Source: a virus (lineage: Duplodnaviria > Caudoviricetes). Taken from it: 64,000 bases of DNA. The position numbers were made by a program, and so were the translations under genes. Under the pieces are notes generated by a model, which ran no database searches, was not told the DNA's origin, and saw only the letters and a program-made list of their open reading frames with translations. Location of the stretch: positions 32,001 through 96,000 of IMG/VR virus record IMGVR_UViG_3300032243_000867. One strand, 5' to 3'. Positions 61,338 through 64,000 of this stretch are shown here, one piece after another; position 1 is the stretch's first letter; every line of letters begins with the position of its first letter.

Positions 61338-64000
61338 TGTCGGTCGGACTGTTCCTACCCCTTCCCGAGAAGCTCGCGTCAAAATTCCCCTCGCTAGGGG
61401 ATCATGACACGTCGCCCCCGCACGCGACCCTTCTGTACTTCGGGGACGCCCCCGAGGACCGGGAGCGGTTTCTCGCGGTCATCCGTTCGCACCTGAGCCA
61501 ATGGCCGGGGAAAATCACCGCGACACTTCGCGGGCTCCGTCACTTCGACAACGCCGATGCCACGGTGGCCTACGACAGCGTGCGCTTCGACGCCGATGTG
61601 GCGGGTCTGCGTTCTTCCCTCATCGCGCACCTGTCGGACAACGGGTTCCCCTCGACGGATAGGTCTCCCGTCCGCTACTTCCCCCACGTCACGCTGGCCT
61701 ACCTACCGCCTAACAGCGTAGGTGCGTACGGGGGTCCGGTGCCCGTGGGTTCATGGACCTTCGACGAGGTGGAAGTCTGGGGTCTGGAGGATGACCCGGT
61801 GGTGCTACCGCTGGGCGGTGTATCCGTTACCCGCGTCGCCGCCCGTTACAAGTCCAAGAAGAAGATCGAAACCAAGGACGGCGACGAAGCCACGGTGTAC
61901 GAGTACAGCGACCGTCAGGTCGCCAACCGTCACCGTGAAAAGGCCGAGCGGGTCGAGCACCTGCGAAACCACATCACGGACCTCCGCGCGCGGGTGAAGG
62001 ACGATCTGAAGTCCGACGACCCCATGACCCGGATGACGGCCCTCGCCGTGTCTCTCATGGACCACACCTGTGAGCGGGTGGGGAACGACGACAGCGCAGA
62101 CGACGGCCACTACGGCGTCACGGGCTGGCTGAAGAAGCACATCACCATCCGGGACGGCAAGGCCACGATCAAGTACGTCGGCAAGTCCGGGGTCGATCAC
62201 GAAAAGACCGTGGACGACGGCCCCACGGTCACCGCCCTGAAGGAACTGTGCGAAGGGCTTGGGAAGGAAGACGCCATCTTCGACACGGACGACGCGAAGG
62301 TCAGCGCCGACGAGGTGAACGACTACCTCGCGGAGTTCGATGTCACCGCCAAGGACATCCGGGGCTTTCGCGCCAACGACGAGATGTGCAAGGCCCTACG
62401 GGCGGAACGCGCCAAGGGACCGAAAGAGCTCCCCCGCGCCCGCAAGGAGAAGGACGAGATCCTCAAGGCCGAGTTCAAGCGGGCGCTGGAGACGGTCGCG
62501 GAGGTGGTGGGCCACGAAGCCGCCACCCTACGCTCCCAGTACCTCGTGCCGGGGCTGGAAGACCAGTACGTACACGACGGGACGGTGCTGAAGTCCCTCA
62601 AGGTAGGCACCAAGACCGAAGCCCAGCGCGAGGACGAGGCCACGGAGAAGTTGGTGAAGCCCGCGCCGAAGGCAAAGCCCCCGCGCCACGATCTACGGAA
62701 CGAACGGGTGGAAGCTGAGGGCGACCCCGACCTCGACGACACCGACGACGACCTGTCGCTGAACTTCAAGAAGGTCGCGGGGATCGTTCGTGCGGCGCTG
62801 TTTGCGGGAATGTCTCGCCGCGTGTTGTCGAGATCTCAGAGCAAAGTACAAGAGTTCAAGAAGTTTCCCACTCGGGCGGACACCCGGCACCGAGTACAAG
62901 AGTTCCCCGCAGTTGATGCGAAGGCCGTTCAAGAAGAGTCGGAGTTTCAGAAATACGTCGAAGGTGAGAAATTTCGCACGAACAAGTCGGACCGAGAAGA
63001 AGGCGTGTCTTTCTCCTACCTGGAAAAGATCGACCCCCAAGCGGCCAAGAAGGTCCGAAAGGATTGGGGCAAGAAGAGAACCCAGGACACCCCTCAAGAC
63101 TCCCTTAAAAATCGGGAGAAGAAGCAAAAGGAACTGTCGAAGCCCTCTTCCCCCGAACAAATCCAGAAGCTGGTAGAGGAAATCCAGTCTTCGGAATCCG
63201 CCAAGGCTATGACCGAGGGGGACCGCGAAAACGTATCGAACCTGATCTCTTCCGTCATGGACGGTCAGAGCGGCAATTCCAACGAGAAGCTGAACGCTCG
63301 TATCGAGAAGTACAACGCGGAATCCGTCGAGAAGCTCAAGGGCGGAACGGACCGCAAGACGGTGGACGCTCTGCGAAAGGTGCCCGAGGGGCTCTACGGC
63401 AAGGGCGTGAAGATGACCACGTTCGACTCGAAGAAGTCGGGCGACGCCATCGCCAAGAAGCAGAAGGCCCGCGACAAGATCCAGAAGGACCTCGAACAAG
63501 CCAAGCGGGACGGGGAGAGCCTTCCGTCTGAAATCGAGCGGGCGAAATATGAGAAGAAGGTCAAGGAACAAGAACTCAAGGGCGAACAAACCAAGCTGAA
63601 AGGTTTGAAAGAGGGCACCCCGGAGCACGCACGCCGGAAGTCGAGAGTGTCCACGCTTCAGGCGGCTATCGAAAAGCTGGACGTTTCGATAACGGGCGGC
63701 ACCAAGAAGAGGGATGCCGACGAAAAGCTCCTTCCGGCACTGAAGGCGTCTCTGGACAAGGAGACGAGCGAACTCAACGCGATGACGGCGTATCACGTCT
63801 CGCAGGAGCACCTGTCGTCGCGTTTGACCGATATGTCGTCGTTGAAGTCGGACTCCCCCTCGGAGCGCCTTTCCGAAGCCTCCAAGCACTTGCAGGCGCT
63901 GCCCCCTGAGATGCGGGACAAGTCCATCGAACGGTCGAAGGCACGGCGGGACGAGAAGAAGAAGGAGCTGGACAACGCCTCGTCGGACGAGGAACGGGCG
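61337..64000 (+). CDS. multidomain protein: 2H phosphoesterase + topoisomerase IB + charged coiled coil (partial, runs off the window)
   Basis: Hand translation shows 888 codons with no stop; HAT and HVT motifs; CERVGN, VGKSG, KDIRGFRAN, GHEAATLRSQY; missing from the ORF track. Confidence 0.8.
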   Translation, partial: MSVGLFLPLPEKLASKFPSLGDHDTSPPHATLLYFGDAPEDRERFLAVIRSHLSQWPGKITATLRGLRHFDNADATVAYDSVRFDADVAGLRSSLIAHLSDNGFPSTDRSPVRYFPHVTLAYLPPNSVGAYGGPVPVGSWTFDEVEVWGLEDDPVVLPLGGVSVTRVAARYKSKKKIETKDGDEATVYEYSDRQVANRHREKAERVEHLRNHITDLRARVKDDLKSDDPMTRMTALAVSLMDHTCERVGNDDSADDGHYGVTGWLKKHITIRDGKATIKYVGKSGVDHEKTVDDGPTVTALKELCEGLGKEDAIFDTDDAKVSADEVNDYLAEFDVTAKDIRGFRANDEMCKALRAERAKGPKELPRARKEKDEILKAEFKRALETVAEVVGHEAATLRSQYLVPGLEDQYVHDGTVLKSLKVGTKTEAQREDEATEKLVKPAPKAKPPRHDLRNERVEAEGDPDLDDTDDDLSLNFKKVAGIVRAALFAGMSRRVLSRSQSKVQEFKKFPTRADTRHRVQEFPAVDAKAVQEESEFQKYVEGEKFRTNKSDREEGVSFSYLEKIDPQAAKKVRKDWGKKRTQDTPQDSLKNREKKQKELSKPSSPEQIQKLVEEIQSSESAKAMTEGDRENVSNLISSVMDGQSGNSNEKLNARIEKYNAESVEKLKGGTDRKTVDALRKVPEGLYGKGVKMTTFDSKKSGDAIAKKQKARDKIQKDLEQAKRDGESLPSEIERAKYEKKVKEQELKGEQTKLKGLKEGTPEHARRKSRVSTLQAAIEKLDVSITGGTKKRDADEKLLPALKASLDKETSELNAMTAYHVSQEHLSSRLTDMSSLKSDSPSERLSEASKHLQALPPEMRDKSIERSKARRDEKKKELDNASSDEERA

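Noticed and set aside
1480-63889. Many long antisense or overlapping ORFs in the track (e.g. 1480-2751, 11494-13014, 20009-21442, 25730-27178, 33018-34532, 52126-53529, 62693-63889)
   Set aside because: Shadow frames of GC-rich genes on the opposite strand, without motifs.
1-64000. Stop-codon reassignment
   Set aside because: Recognisable genes read through fully in the standard code, and TAG, TGA and TAA all act as stops.

Overview
A 64-kb, GC-rich, densely coding segment of a large tailed (jumbo-type) phage genome read in the standard genetic code. No host-type housekeeping genes are present. The ends hold virion and morphogenesis genes: baseplate hub/spike, amidase endolysin, fibre-like proteins, terminase, portal-like protein and probable head proteins. 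The centre (about 18-47 kb) is a replication and recombination block: HolB-, HolA-, DnaX- and DnaN-like clamp and loader proteins, class II RNR with an intein, RecD2, SSB, RuvC, RecA, a split SbcC with SbcD, a Cas4-like nuclease, primase, ThyX with an intein, NusG and sigma-like factors. Also present are tRNA-Leu, a 3'-truncated tRNA-Tyr, an RHH+TnpB element without transposase, and a short remnant of that element 53 kb away. The most unusual signal is a family of seven 52-61 aa minigenes in three loci, mostly absent from the ORF track. Each encodes only the C-terminal RGGSW...GFR segment of an FGE-type C-type-lectin fold, which is the variable region of DGR targets. Their differences concentrate in NNC codons, but no reverse transcriptase or template repeat is seen here. 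Other highlights: a recurrent GGGCGTAA promoter-like motif often 8 nt before start codons; a shared [RK]VAxR[YW]L peptide in putative virion enzymes; two TopIB-domain genes, one fused to a 2H phosphodiesterase in an ORF running off the window end. All calls come from motif recognition by eye; no searches were run.
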